The notes under the pieces were generated by a model. The model had not been told where the DNA came from and searched no databases. It saw only the letters and a program-made list of their open reading frames with translations. Shown here one piece after another: positions 13,540 through 26,001 of a stretch of 64,000 nt of DNA. The stretch is from Squalus acanthias (Eukaryota): assembly GCA_030390025.1 (NCBI GenBank), contig CM059431.1, positions 96,288,001 to 96,352,000 of the forward strand, written 5' to 3'. Position 1 is the stretch's first letter. The number at the start of each line of letters is the position of its first letter. Both the position numbers and the translations under genes were made by a program.

Positions 13540-14249
13540 ATTGTGTACGCTGTTCCACACACCACCTTCCTCAGCCATGAGCTTCTGGCTCACACTCTGC
13601 TCACCTACTCCTTCCTTTCTTTATTCTGTGGCATAAAACCATCACAAAACGTGTTATGGATTTGTATAGTTCCATAATATATCTCACTCTTAATAGGGAA
13701 GAGTAAAAACTCTGATTGATTAAGTTGATCCAGGTTCAAAGTTAAGGCCACAAGGCTCAGCAACTAACTATTGCTTCATTTTCCCACCCCTCAAATTTCC
13801 TTTCCTGCTTAGAATGCTCTGGGTACAACTCCAAACACACTGATCATCCTCATGTACTTCAATCAAGAGGCCATTTTTCATTTATGACCCTTGACATATT
13901 ATGCAGTCAAGGAGGGTATAACAGCCAAATTTAATCCTGTCCTCACAAGATATCTACATAATGAACTTTGCAGCATGAGCAAGACCGCAATCACAAACAG
14001 GAAACCTGACCGATTCTTTAGCCAAAAGGCCAATGATAGAGACCCAAACTTCTGCCCCGTCAGAGATCAGTAACAAGCCATTGATACAAGATGGATTAAT
14101 AAACTGTGGTATTATTCTTTAAAAGTAATCTTTAGTAACCTCTTCTCATTGACTGGTTCTCACCAATCAACAGCACTCCTTTCTTATCTTCAAAATTTTA
14201 GTTACACCTAGCCACAATATTATCACCCTTTATGTAAATAGCAGTAAAT

Positions 14250-14530
14250 AATGGTAACACTCTCACCACAGTCAGAAGGCTGTGGGGACAGGCCCACTCC
14301 AGAACGTAACCATGTAATCTAGGTTGGCACTTCAATGCAGTAGTTGTTCAATGCATTGTTTGAAGTGCCGTCTTTCAAATAAGATGCTCAATAGAGGCCC
14401 TGAGCCCATTGGATTATTTGAATGAAGAAGAGCAAGCTGGCATGCTGGCCATCATTTTTCCTTCAACCATCAGAAACGGATTACCTCCCATTTGTGAGAC
14501 CTTGCTGTGTGCAAATTGGCTGCTGCATTT
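14250..14530 (+). mobile_element. Degenerate tRNA-derived Deu-domain SINE
   Basis: Diverged reverse complement of 31706-32160 (CAGAAGG..CCCACTCCAG, GTGCCGTCTTTC..AGATG). Confidence 0.6.
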
Positions 14531-15034
14531 AGATATAGGATCAGGAGTAGGCCATTCAGCCCCTCAAGCCTGTTCTGCCATTCAATTAGATGATGGCTGA
14601 TCTGTCGTGTGTGCACATGCAAATGCAAGCACGCACACATGTGTTGGGGGAGCTAGAAATGGACTAAATGTTCACCTTTAGCAAATCCAGGACCCAGATG
14701 CGTACGTCGGGAGTCCATATTGGGGATTTGCAAATCCATGGTTCTAAAGCTAATCGAAGGAAAACCATGGGCCTGTGAATTGAGTGTGTGCTTGAATTCC
14801 TGTTGTACAGTCCCAGTCTGCACTGGAAGCAGTAAAGCTATAGAGATCCCTCTTGACTAATATCCCAATGTGTAAAGAAAGCAAAAGGGTTCTAGTTCTA
14901 TTCTTATTCCACAAATATCAGTTCTACTAGTTCCAGTAAGGCTTTATGATCTCATTTCCTGGCTGCAGTTCTATGCGATGATTGCCTTGAGTAAAACAAT
15001 GGAGCTGAAGGACAAGCTAGAATGCGTGGCCCAA

Positions 15035-15705
15035 ATAAGCATTCTTTATACAAATGCACATGCACGGAATATAAGGAATGAATTGAATGAACTGCAGGCG
15101 CAAATTCAGCTTGGAGGGTATGACATGGTAGCCATTACTGAGACACGGCTGCAAGATGGTCAGGACTGGGAACTAAATATACCAGGTTATAAGGTCTACA
15201 GGAAAGGTAGGGAAAATGGTAGAGGGAGAGGATTAGCCTTCGTGATTCAGGATCAAAATCACTTCAATGATGAGAGGATATAACGAGAGATAAGCAGGCA
15301 GTAGAGACTTTATGGGTAGAATTAAGAAATAGGAAAGGATTCAAGACTGTACAGGGAGTTGTGTATAGATCCCCTGGTAGCAGCTGTTAAGTGCTAGTTT
15401 GTATAACTGCAGAGATTAGACAAGCATGTAGCAAAGGCAGCGTGGTTTTAATGGGGGATTTTAACCTCCATAAGCTGATTAGCACATCAGAAAGATAATA
15501 CATTTCTCGAGTGTGTCCGGGATAGTTTTCTGCAACAATATGTCCAAGAACCAACACGGTGTCAGGCCATATTAGATTTAGTAATGAGTAATGAGCCAGA
15601 TTTAGTTAACAGCCCAACGGTGCATGAACATTTATCAAATAGCGATCATAATATTATCGAGTTCAAAGTTGTATTTGAAAGGGAGAAACGCGAAACAGCT
15701 ACTAA
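15035..15705 (+). mobile_element. CR1 LINE endonuclease region, left part, split by the Harbinger element
   Basis: LYTNA..RNI, VAITET, SDHNIIEF; joins 26002 as ETATK|NLDLGKADF. Confidence 0.88.
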
Positions 15706-15995
15706 GGCCGGAATTTTCCTTACTTGGGCGCGTCGGGTGCGGGTGGTCGTGACCCAATTCCTGATTCCTCAGATCGACTTTGTGTTAATGGGACCTATTA
15801 AGGCCGCCCTGCGCGTTACCCAGCCCAATTAAATGGTGCAGGGCTGATGATGTCAGCGATGACGAGTTTCCAGCCAGATTATTTAAAGGAGCTATAGCCA
15901 CATTGCATTTGAAGGTTCATCTAGGAGTGAGTGCAGGCAGCACACTGCACAATTGGGACTGCTGGAAAATTGGACTGCTGGAAAGAGTGCCAAAT

Positions 15996-17820
15996 ATGAC
16001 TGCACTGAGACAGAGGGCTGCACCCAGGTTCTCCGATGACTCCCTCCATATGCTTGTGGAGGGAGTCAGAGCATGCAGGGAGGTCCACTTCCTGTCTAAT
16101 GGACGAAAGAGACCTCTCCAGGAGACCAAAAGAGCCTGACTCCAAATAGCAGAGGAGGTAAACAGCAGGGATGTGGTCAGGAGGACCTGGGTGCAGTGCC
16201 GGAAACATTTCAATGATCTCATTAGATCAGGAAAGGGGAGTACAAAGCCACACTCAACTTCATCCTGCTGTGCCTCTCATCACATCCCCATCACTCTGCC
16301 TTCCCAAGCCTGCTGCTGCAACCATTACACCAACATACCTTGTACGTCCACCCATCCCTCTCCTTCTCTCTACATCATCACATCCCCATCTCACTAGCCA
16401 CCCCTCACATTCACTCTCATCCAGGACAAAGCAGCCCGCTTGATTGGCACCCCATCTAGCACCTTAAACATTCACTACCTCCACCACCGGCGTACTGTGG
16501 CTGCAGTGTATACCATCTACAAGATGCACTGCAGCAACTCGCCAAGGCTTCTTCGGCAGCACCTCCCAAACCTGCGACCTCTTCCACCTAGAAGGACAAG
16601 GGCAGCAGGCGCATGGGAACACCACCACCTCCAAGTTCCCCTCCAAGTCACACACCATCCTGACTTAGAAGTATATCGCCGATCCTTCATTGTCACTGGG
16701 TCAAAATCCTGGAACTCCCTACCTAACAGCACTGTGGGAGTAGCTTCACCATACGGACTGCAGCGGTTCAAGAAGGCGGCTCACCACCACCTTCTCAAGG
16801 GCAATTAGGGATGGGCAATAAATGCTCGCCTTGCCAGCGACACCCACATCACATAAACAAATAAAAACAAAAAAACCCTAATGCAATCATACCAACTAAC
16901 AACACACAAGGAGGCCACTTGGCTTTGGCACCCCACTCCATCATAGTCTACCTCTAAAGATGTAACCCATCCATTCCATCACTCTCACTCAACCTTCTCT
17001 TCTTTCCCTCCTTGCAGGAAAAGAGAGCCCACAATAAGAGGGAGAGGGAGAGAGCGGGAGCTGGAACGCCATCATTGGCAACCCTAACATCAGCAGAGGA
17101 GGCTGCCTTGGAAGTTTCTGGAGTCGCCAAGCAGCTGGAAGTGGGAGACGGAAAGAGGGGGACATCTCAGCAACCTGGTGACAGAATTACATATCATACA
17201 GCTAAATGGCATACATCAGTCACTCATATGGGGACGGATGTCAGCAGCCACTGAATGGTCATCATATGCATAATGGCATCCTTAGCCATCGTTCATCGGA
17301 CTTATCTAACTCATCTCTTCACTATCCCACGTGTCCATCAAGAGCTCCCCCCCCCCCCCCCCCCCCCCACTCCCCACCAACTGTCCAGGAGGAAGAGGAA
17401 GACAATTCCTCAGAGGAGCATCCAACCTCTGGGGGCGCACCGTCACCCGACACAAGCACACCCAGCACCAGCGTAGAGACGCGCACCTCGGTACTGTTGT
17501 CACCTGGTGTCTCACAACTCACAAGTGAGCAAGAGTAGATAGTGGATAAAGGGACAGTAGTGGAGACTCCTCACTGGAGGGCGCAGGACACTCCAAATTC
17601 TGCTCAGCTGCATGCAGACGCTGAGCCTCGGGGGCCATCCAGAAAGAGGGCGATCCACAGGTGCAGCAAATGCACAGGAGGCTTTGACAGGTTTTGCGAG
17701 CATGATCTCTGCAAATGTGCAGAGAATGGAGAAGTCTATCTCCAACATGAGCACCACCGTGTCGCAGGTGATGGCAACTGTTCCATGGATAGGATGGCCA
17801 CCTGCATGGAGCAGTTAATG
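15996..17820 (+). pseudogene. Harbinger Myb/SANT-like DNA-binding protein, spliced, inactivated
   Basis: RAAPRFSDDSL..LVEGV..RA*LQIAEEVNS..RTWVQCRKHFNDL with TGA at 16137 in place of Trp; donor decayed (AAG|GGGAGT); exon 2 after TTGCAG ~17018 (EKRAHNKRER). 3' limit approximate. Confidence 0.8.
16418..16876 (+). mobile_element. LINE 3' fragment, same family as 106-4290, in the Myb-gene intron
   Basis: YKMHCSNSPRLL..FKKAAHHHLLKGN* followed by an A-rich tail. Confidence 0.88.
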
Positions 17821-18496
17821 TGCCACTCACAGAAGCACATGGTCTCTACGGAGAATAGATGGCAGAGGCTCATAGACCTCTTCTCTAGGAGGGGTGTCAG
17901 CGTAGACATGGGTCCTCATGGACCCACTGATGTGCAGCAAGGTGCTCTCCAGCTCCTTGCTAGCAGGGAAGTGCGGTTGGCCCAGGAGAGGGATGATGGT
18001 GAGAGGGGACATGGAAGTGTGGGCTCCTCACAAAGCGCTCACACTTCTCCCCCATTGCCACCCCTCAATCAGAGCCCCAGATGCCTCCTCAGATCACGAT
18101 GGCGAAGTCTGCCCCTGCGCAGTCGCAGGAGGAGCAAACTTTGGCAGGACCATCAGAAGCCACAGGGGTAGCACCTCGTAGAATCACGCGCAAGAGAAAG
18201 ATGAAACAAGTAGATTCACAAGGGTAGCCATTTGGGTGTTAAATGATTCTGTAAAGTTTCGGTTAATGTGATCTCAACCATAAAAATCTTTATTTTCACC
18301 ACTTGACAAATTTGTGCGCACCTTTGGAAGTGGGTTCGTGAGTTGCAGTGAATGGGGAGACGTAACGTTACCTCCAGCAATGGTGGTCAATGTGAAAGGA
18401 ATGGCTTGGTCATTGTACAGATGCTTTATGGTGTTGCTGTGGGGTGGTTCCAACCTGGTGCAGCATGTGGCAGCCATATGGGTGTAATGCATAAAG

Positions 18497-19471
18497 TTAA
18501 GTAAATCTGGCCATGATGAGCCCATCCCTGGACTCCTGGGCAGCAATGTGCTCAGGTGCTGGTGGGATCTGGACTGCAGGTTCATCCTGCTCCTCCTCCG
18601 CCGAAGAGGCTGTGCACTCAGTCCCTTGCTCCTCATACAGCACTAATCCTCGCTGCTGCGCTATGTTGTCTAGGGCACAGCAGACCACGACATTCTGGAG
18701 ACCCTGGTTGGTGCGTACTGAAGGGCTCCTTCAGACCCGTCAAGGCATCTGAAGTGCATTTTCAGCATGCCTATTGTCTGCGCTATGACACATCTGGTGG
18801 AAATGTGGCTTTCATTATATCTCTACTGGGCCTTAGTACTTGGCCTCCTCAAGGGTGTCATGAGCCATGTCTTCAGTAGATAGCCCTGGTCTCCAAGTAA
18901 CCAGCTGGAAAGTCTGTTTGGAGGAGCGAAGAGCTGAGGGAGGGTGGACGGCTGCAGGATGAAAGAGGCAAGGCAGTTGTCAGGGAATTTGGCGTACACA
19001 TGCATGATGATGTTCCTATGGTTGCAGATGAGCTGCACATTGAGGGAGTGGAAGCACTTGTGGTTGACAAACACTGCTGGGTTATGATGGGATGCCCTGA
19101 TGGCCACATGTGTGCAGTCGATGATGCCCTGCACCCGTGGGAAGCCAGCCAGAGCGGCAAAGCTGAGTGCCCGCTCAGTAACATTGGCTGCATCAGTGAC
19201 AAAGTTTATATAATCGGCTGACTTTTCAAACAGGGCATCAGTGATCTGTGTGATGCAATTGTGGGCGGCCGCCTGCGAGATGCCGCAAATGTCTGCTGCA
19301 GATCCCTGGAAGGAGCCTGACGCAAAGAGGTTGAGGGCAATAGTGACTTTGAAAACCACTGGTAAGGCGTGTTCACCCACTCCTCTGGGCTGCAGGTCTT
19401 GCTCCAGCAATGTGCAAATGTCTGCGACGAGTAGACATGATAGCCTGAGCCTCCTTTGGCACTGCTGCTCT
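18497..19471 (-). pseudogene. Harbinger (HARBI1-like) DDE transposase, main body
   Basis: [36 protein letters not shown]-terminal CCALDNIA; frameshifted; third catalytic position reads IAQTIG. Confidence 0.9.
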
Positions 19472-20292
19472 AAGAACAAAAGAAATAAGAGCAGGAGTAG
19501 GCTATATGGCCCCTTGAGCCTGCTCCACCATTCAATAAGATCATGGCTGATCATCGAACTTAACTCCACTTTTCCGCCCGATCTCCATATCCCTTGATTC
19601 CCCATGAGTCCAAAAATCTATCTATCTCAGCCTTGAATATACTCAAAGATTCAGCATTCACAGCCCTCTGGGGTAGAGAATTCCAAAGATTCACAACCCT
19701 CTGAGTTCAGAAATTCCTCCTCCTCTTGGTCTTAAATGGCCTACCCATTATCCTGAGATTATGCCCCCTAGTTCTAGACACTCCAGCCCGTGGAAACAAC
19801 CTCTCAGCATCTACCCTCTCAATCCCCTTCAGAATCTTGTATGTTTCAATGAGATCACCTCTCATTCTTCTAAACACCAGAGAGTACAGGCCCATTCTAC
19901 ACAATCTCTCATCATAGGTCAGCCCTCTCATCCCAGGAATCAATCTAGTGAACCTTCGTTGCACCGCCTCCAAGGCAAGTATATCCTTCCTTAGATATGG
20001 AGACCAAAACTGTGCACAGTACTCCAGGTATGGTCTCACCAAGGCCCTGTACAATTGTAGTAAGACTTCCTTACTCTTATACTCCAACCCCCTTGCAATA
20101 AAGGCCAACATGCCATTTGCCTTCCTTATTGCTTGCTGTACCTACATGCTAGCTTTCTGTGTTTCTTGCACGAGGACACCCAAATGTCTCTCAACACCAA
20201 CATTTGAAAGTTTCTCACCATTTAAAAATATTCTGTTTTTCTATTCTTCCTACCGAAGTGAATAATCTCACATTTCCCTACATTATACTCCA
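19472..20292 (-). mobile_element. CR1 LINE 3' part inserted in the transposase gene
   Basis: ORF 19707-20111 ([22 protein letters not shown]); tail at 19472. Confidence 0.9.
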
Positions 20293-20691
20293 GTGTGAGT
20301 GCGAGCCAGCACTGAGTGCAAGTCAGCAGAGAGTGCTGTGAGTTTGGGTAGTAGTTCTTTAATTGTTAGTTCTCTTTAAATCATTCTTGATAAGATTACT
20401 TAAGCAGTTCAAGTGAAGGGGAAAAGTTAACTATTTGGGATTCTGTTGGTTTAAGAAGAGTAAAACACGACTGGTGGGCACCGCGGGGACTGGAGAGCAT
20501 CGTCACCCCGGACTACCAAATTTTAATTTGATTTGTTAAGTTTCCTTTAAAGTTTTATTGAGTTACAGATATTTAATTGGTTTACATCAAAAGAGTAAGA
20601 AGAGTAAAACAAGGTTACACTGCAGTAGCAGTGAATTGGCACAGCAGGCAGTGGAAACCAGTTTTCTAATCAATCAGCAGGGGTCAAAGTC

Positions 20692-20771
20692 AGAGGGCGG
20701 GGCCAATTCATTGGTACCCGTATATAGGTGGAGCTGTTGCTAAACCCGAGACACTACACTAGTAGTGTCTC
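20692..20771 (+). promoter_or_regulatory. Candidate internal Pol II promoter motifs in the CR1 5' UTR
   Basis: GGGCGGGG then CCAAT, TATATA at 20721, 10-bp hairpin GAGACACTAC/GTAGTGTCTC at 20748-20771. Confidence 0.35.
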
Positions 20772-20883
20772 CCACCCTCCCACCTCCTCTAACCTTTAGG
20801 GGTAGAGGGAATTTAAAAGGTAGGTTCGGTTTATATTTTGTTTTCAGGGACTTAACTTAATAAAGTAATATAAGGGTTAAGTC

Positions 20884-21828
20884 ATGGCAGGAAATCTCGG
20901 CACCGTGTTGTGCTCCTCCTGTGCTATGTGGGAAATCAGGGACACTTCCAGTGTCCCTGACAACTATGTGTGCAGGAAGTGCGTCCAGCTGCAGCTCCTG
21001 ACGGACCGCATGGCGGCACTGGAGCTGCGGATGGACTCACTCTGGAGCATCCACGATGCCGAGAACTTTGTGGATTACTCATTTAGTGAGTTGAACACAC
21101 CGCAGGTAAAGTCTAGGTCAGACAGTAAATGGGTGACCAAGAGGCAGGGCAATATCAGGACGGTAGTGCAGGAGTCCCTTGCGGTCGTCTCCCTCCAAAA
21201 CAGATATACCGTTTTGGATACTGTTGGGGGAAATGACCTACCAGGGGAAGGCACCAGCAGCCAGGTTCATGGCACCATGGCTGGCTCTGCTGCACAGCAG
21301 GGCGGGAAAAAGAGCGGCAGAGCTATAGTGATAGGGGACTCAATTGTAAGGGGAATAGACAGGAGTTTCTGTGGCCTCAACCGAGATTCCAGGATGGTAT
21401 GTTGCCTCCCTGGTGCAAGGGTCAAGGATGTCTCGGAGCGGCTGCAGAACATTCTGGAAAGGGAGGGTGAAGAGCCAGCTGTCGTGGTGCATGTAGGTAC
21501 CAACGATATAGGTAAAAAGCGGGAAGAGGTCCTACAAGCAGAATTTAGGGAGCTAGGAGCTAAATTGAAAAGTAGGACCTCAAAGGTAGTAATCTCTGGG
21601 TTGCTACCAGTGCCACGTGCTAATCAGAGTAGCATGAACAGGATAGCGAGATTAAATACGTGGCTTGAGCAGTGGTGCAGGAGGGAGGGATTCAAATACC
21701 TGAGGCACTGGAACCAGTTCTGGGGGAAGTGGGACCTGTACAAAAGGGACGGTCTGCACTTGGGCAGGACTGGAACCGATGTCCTCGGGGTAATATTTGC
21801 TAAGGCAGTTCGGGAGGATTTAAACTAA
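20884..21828 (+). CDS. CR1 ORF1p: zinc finger, coiled coil and SGNH esterase (314 aa)
   Basis: CSSC..CRKC; IVIGDSIV, PGA, HVGTND, DGLH blocks; uninterrupted. Confidence 0.93.
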   Translation: MAGNLGTVLCSSCAMWEIRDTSSVPDNYVCRKCVQLQLLTDRMAALELRMDSLWSIHDAENFVDYSFSELNTPQVKSRSDSKWVTKRQGNIRTVVQESLAVVSLQNRYTVLDTVGGNDLPGEGTSSQVHGTMAGSAAQQGGKKSGRAIVIGDSIVRGIDRSFCGLNRDSRMVCCLPGARVKDVSERLQNILEREGEEPAVVVHVGTNDIGKKREEVLQAEFRELGAKLKSRTSKVVISGLLPVPRANQSSMNRIARLNTWLEQWCRREGFKYLRHWNQFWGKWDLYKRDGLHLGRTGTDVLGVIFAKAVREDLN

Positions 21829-21875
21829 TATGGCAGGGGAATGGGAACCTATGTAGCGAAACAGGGGGAAGTAAT

Positions 21876-24810
21876 ATGCAGTCAGAAACAAATGTTAGAA
21901 GGGTGAGAAACAATAAGGGAAATCTGAGTAAACAAAGGCAAGAAACACAAAGGGCCATACTAAATCATAAGTCTAAAAGGACAAAGGGTGTTAATAAAAC
22001 AAGCCTAAAGGCTCTGTGTCTTAATGCAAGGAGTATCCGTAATAAGGTGGATGAATTGACTGTGCAAATTGATGTTAACGGATATGATGTGATTGGGATT
22101 ACAGAGACGTGGCTCCAGAACAATCAAGGCTGGGAACTGAATATCCAGGGGTATTCAACATTCAGGAAGGATAGAATAAAAGGAAAAGGGGGTGGGGTAG
22201 CATTGCTGGTTAAAAAGGAGATTAATGCAATAGCTAGGAAGGACATTAGCTTGGAGGATGTGGAATCAATATGGGTTGAGCTGCAGAACACCAAAGGGCA
22301 GAAAACGTTAGTGGGGGTTGTGTACAGACCTCCAAACAGTAGTAGTGAGGTGGGGGAGGGTATGAAACAGGAAATCAGAGGTGCATGCAAAAAAGGCGCA
22401 GCAGTTATCATGGGTGACTTTAATATGCATATAGATTGGGCTACTCAAACTGGAAGCAATACGGTGGAGGAGGATTTCCTAGAGTGTTTAAGGGATGGTT
22501 TCCTAAACCAATATGTTGAGGAACCAACTAGAGGGGAGGCCATCCTGGACTGGGTGTTGTGTAATGAGGAAGGACTAATCAGCAATCTTGTGGTGCGAGG
22601 CCCCTTGGGGAAGAGTGACCATAGTATGGTGGAGTTCTACATTAGGATGGAGAAGGAAACAGTTAATTCAGAGACCATGGTCCAGAACTTAAATAAGGGC
22701 AACTTTGAGGGTATGAGGCGTGAACTGGCGAGGTTAGATTGGCAAGCGATATTTAAGGGGTTATCAGTGGAAGGGCAATGGCAGACATTTAGAGATCGCA
22801 TGGATGAACTACAGCAATTGTACATCCCTGTCTGGCGTAAAAATAAAAAAGGGAAGGTGGCTCAACCATGGCTAACAAGGGAAATCAGGGATAGTATTAA
22901 AAGCAAGGAAGTGGCATACAAATTGGCCAGAAGTAGCAGCAAACCCGGGGACTGGGAGAACTTTAAAACTCAGCAGAGGAGGACGAAGGGTTTGATTAGG
23001 GCAGGGAAAATAAAATATGAAAGGAAGCTTGCGGAGAACATTAAAACGGACTGCAAAAGCTTCTATAAATATGTAAAAAGAAAGAGGTTAGTAAAAACAA
23101 ACGTAGGTCCCCTGCAGTCAGAAACAGGGGAAGTCATAATGGGGAACAAAGAAATGGCAGATCAATTGAACAAGTACTTTGGTTCGGTGTTTACTGTGGA
23201 GGACACAAACAACCTTCCGGAAATAAAAGAGATCAAAGGATCTGGTAAGAGGGAGGAGCTGAGGGAAATCCTTATCAGTCGGGAAAAGGTGTTGGGGAAA
23301 TTGATGGGACTGAAGGCTGATAAATCCCCAGGGCCTGATGGTCTGCATCCCAGAGTACTTAAGGAGGTGGCCTTGGAAATAGTGGATGCATTGACGATCA
23401 TTTTCCAACATTCCTTAGACTCTGGATCAGTTCCGAAGGAGTGGAGGGTGGCTAATGTAACCCCTCTTTTTAAAAAAGGAGGGAGGGAGAAAGCAGGGAA
23501 TTATAGACCGGTCAGCCTGACATCGGTGGTGGGTAAAATGATGGAATCAATTATTAAAGATGTCATAACAGACCATTTGGAAAGTGGCGACATGATAGGT
23601 CCAAGTCAGCATGGATTTGTGAAAGGGAAATCATGCTTGACAAATCTTCTGGAATTTTTTGAGGATGTTTCCAATAGGGTGGACAGGGGGGAACCAGTAG
23701 ATGTGGTGTATTTGGACTTTCAGAAGGCCTTCGACAAGGTCCCACACAAGAGATTGGTGAGCAAAGTTAAAACACATGGGATTGGGGGTAATGTGTTGAC
23801 GTGGATTGAGAACTGGTTGGCACACAGGAAACAAAGAGTAGGAGTAAATGGGTACTTTTCAGAATGGCAGGCAGTGACCAGCGGGGTACCGCAGGGTTCG
23901 GTGCTGGGGCCCCAGCTGTTTACATTATATATTAATGATTTGGACGAAGGGATTAATTGTAATATCTCCAAATTTGCAGATGACACTAAATTGGGAGGCA
24001 GTGTGAACAATGAGGAGGATGCTAGGAGGCTACAGAGTGACTTGGACAGGTTGGGTGAATGTACTTCATCTGCCATACATTTGCCCAATGTGGATAAATG
24101 TGAGGTTATCCACTTTGGTGGTAAAAATAGAGAGGCAGACTATTACCTGAATGGTGGCAGATTAGGGAAAGGGGAGGTGCAACGAGACCTGGGCGTCATG
24201 GTACATCAGTCACTGAAGGTGGGAAGGCAAGTGCAGCAGGCAGTCAAGAAAGCAAATGGCATGATGGCCTTCATAGCAAGGGGATTTGAGTACAGGAGTA
24301 GGGAGGTGATGCTACAGTTGTACAGGGCCTTGGTGAGGCCACACCTGGAGTATTGTGTGCAGTTTTGGTCTCCTAACTTGAGGAAGGACATTCTTGCTAT
24401 TGAGGGAGTGCAACGAAGGTTCACTAGATTGATTCCTGGGATGGCCAGACTGACATATCAAGAAAGACTGGATCAACTGAACTTGTATCCTCTGGAGTTC
24501 AGAAGAATGAGGGGGGATCTTAGAGACGTTTAAAATCCTGACTGGTTTAGACAAATTAGATGCGGGCAGAATGTTTCCAATGTTAGGGAAAACTAAAACC
24601 AGGGGTCACAGTCTAAGGATAAAGGGGAAGCCATTTAAGACTGAGATGAGGAGGAACTTCTTCACCCAGAGAGTGGTGAATCTGTGGAATTCTCTACCAC
24701 AGAAGGTTGTTGAGGCCAGTTCGCTAAATATATTCAAAAGGGAGTTAGATATAATACTCACAACTAGGGGGATCAAGGGGTATGGCGAGAAAGCAGGAAT
24801 GGGGTACTGA
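21876..24810 (+). pseudogene. CR1 ORF2p (APE + RT): 885-aa open frame, 26-bp micro-inversion, 2-bp deletion near 24522
   Basis: [51 protein letters not shown]-terminus continues in ORF 24571-24810. Confidence 0.93.
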
Positions 24811-24902
24811 GGTAGCATGTTCAGCCATGAACGCATTGAATGGCGGTGCAGGCTCGAAGGACCGAATGGTCTACTCCTGCACCTATTTTCTATGTTTCTA
24901 TG

Positions 24903-25250
24903 AGCCCTAATCTTGTGTGATAACATTTGATGTGGCACCTTATCGAATGCCTTTTGGAAATCCAAATATACTACGTCCACTGGTTCCCCTTTATCTACCC
25001 TGCTAGTTACATCCTCAAAAAAATCTAATAGATTTGTCAAACATGATTTCCCTTTCATAGAACCATGTTTTGACTGTGCCTAATCATGTTATGATTTTCT
25101 AAGTGCCCTGATACCACTTCCTTAACAATGGATTCCAGCATTTTCCCAATGACTGACGTCAGGCTATCTGGCCTGTAGTTCCCGTATTTTTCTCTCCCTC
25201 CTTTCTTGAATAGCGGTGTTACATTTACGACTGTCCAATCCGCTGGGACC
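24903..25250 (-). mobile_element. 5' part of the minus-strand CR1 inserted in the transposase
   Basis: NVTPLFKKG, NYRP, KSCLTNLL, DFQKAFDKVPH. Confidence 0.85.
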
Positions 25251-25430
25251 TCTGTCATGTTGAGGAAGCTCATCCTCTGCCTGTATACCGTGTTGGGGGT
25301 ATCGCCTCCAGCATAGTGCAGCCCTGCTGTCTTCTGTCCTGTGCAACTTCAGATGGTTGAGTAGGTTGGTGGGGTTTTTGTTGGTGCTGCTGGTATGCCT
25401 GGTGCTGCTGGTGTTGGGGTTCATTGTGGT
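25251..25430 (-). pseudogene. N-terminal part of the Harbinger transposase
   Basis: RRYPQH..MSFLNMTE joins [11 protein letters not shown] at 19471 once the LINEs are removed; CTCT duplicated at the junctions. Confidence 0.75.
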
Positions 25431-26001
25431 CTGATTCTGAGGACTAAGGTGAGATAGTATAGACGGCACCCAAGCTGATGGAATAGATGACAGGTCAAGT
25501 AGAGATGACAGGCTCTTACAATGAGGTGAGACTGGATGGCGACTTTGCTGGACACATTTACAGCCTGTAGAAATCTAAATCTGTGCTGGCAATGCTGTCA
25601 GCAACAGCTTCTGCCTAAGGAAAGTGATCAGCTGTGAGGTGGGAGTTTTTATTGTACTTTCCATGCTGTGCACTAATCAGCTGAATCAATGGCCACTCAA
25701 CTTCCGCCTCAGGTTGACAGACGTGGTTCCCGAGCTGTGTGATTCCGGTGGTCATCCAGTGAAATTCGAAAGGTATGGTTAAAAAGACTCTTAAGGGTCT
25801 GACAAGTACCTAATAATGACTTGAATTAGCTCGCCCGCCTCTGCCGTTCAGGTTGCTGCCACGCCGACAAACGCGCCCAAGGGAAAGGTGCGTGGGAACG
25901 GGAAGACGGTGGGTTCCCGACCCGCTGCAAGATTTTTCAAATTTCCCCACCCGACCCGCCTCCAATTGCGCTCGCATGAACCCCAGAAAATTCCAGCCTA
26001 A

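Larger units (their letters stand above)
20293..24902 (+). mobile_element. Full-length young CR1 LINE
   Basis: ~590-bp 5' UTR, intact ORF1, near-intact ORF2, TATGTTTC-type tail at ~24890. Confidence 0.95.
15706..25998. mobile_element. PIF/Harbinger DNA transposon (two-gene type, decayed) with nested LINEs
   Basis: TIRs GGCCGGAATTTTCC and AGAAAATTCCAGCC; TAA TSD at 15703-05 and 25999-26001; convergent Myb/SANT-like and transposase genes. Confidence 0.92.

Noticed and set aside
17542..18171. 209-aa ORF as a separate gene
   Set aside because: Inside the decayed Harbinger Myb-gene region; no recognisable domain.
18497..19605. Domesticated HARBI1 host gene
   Set aside because: Lies within TIRs and a TSD, is frameshifted, and is interrupted by LINEs.
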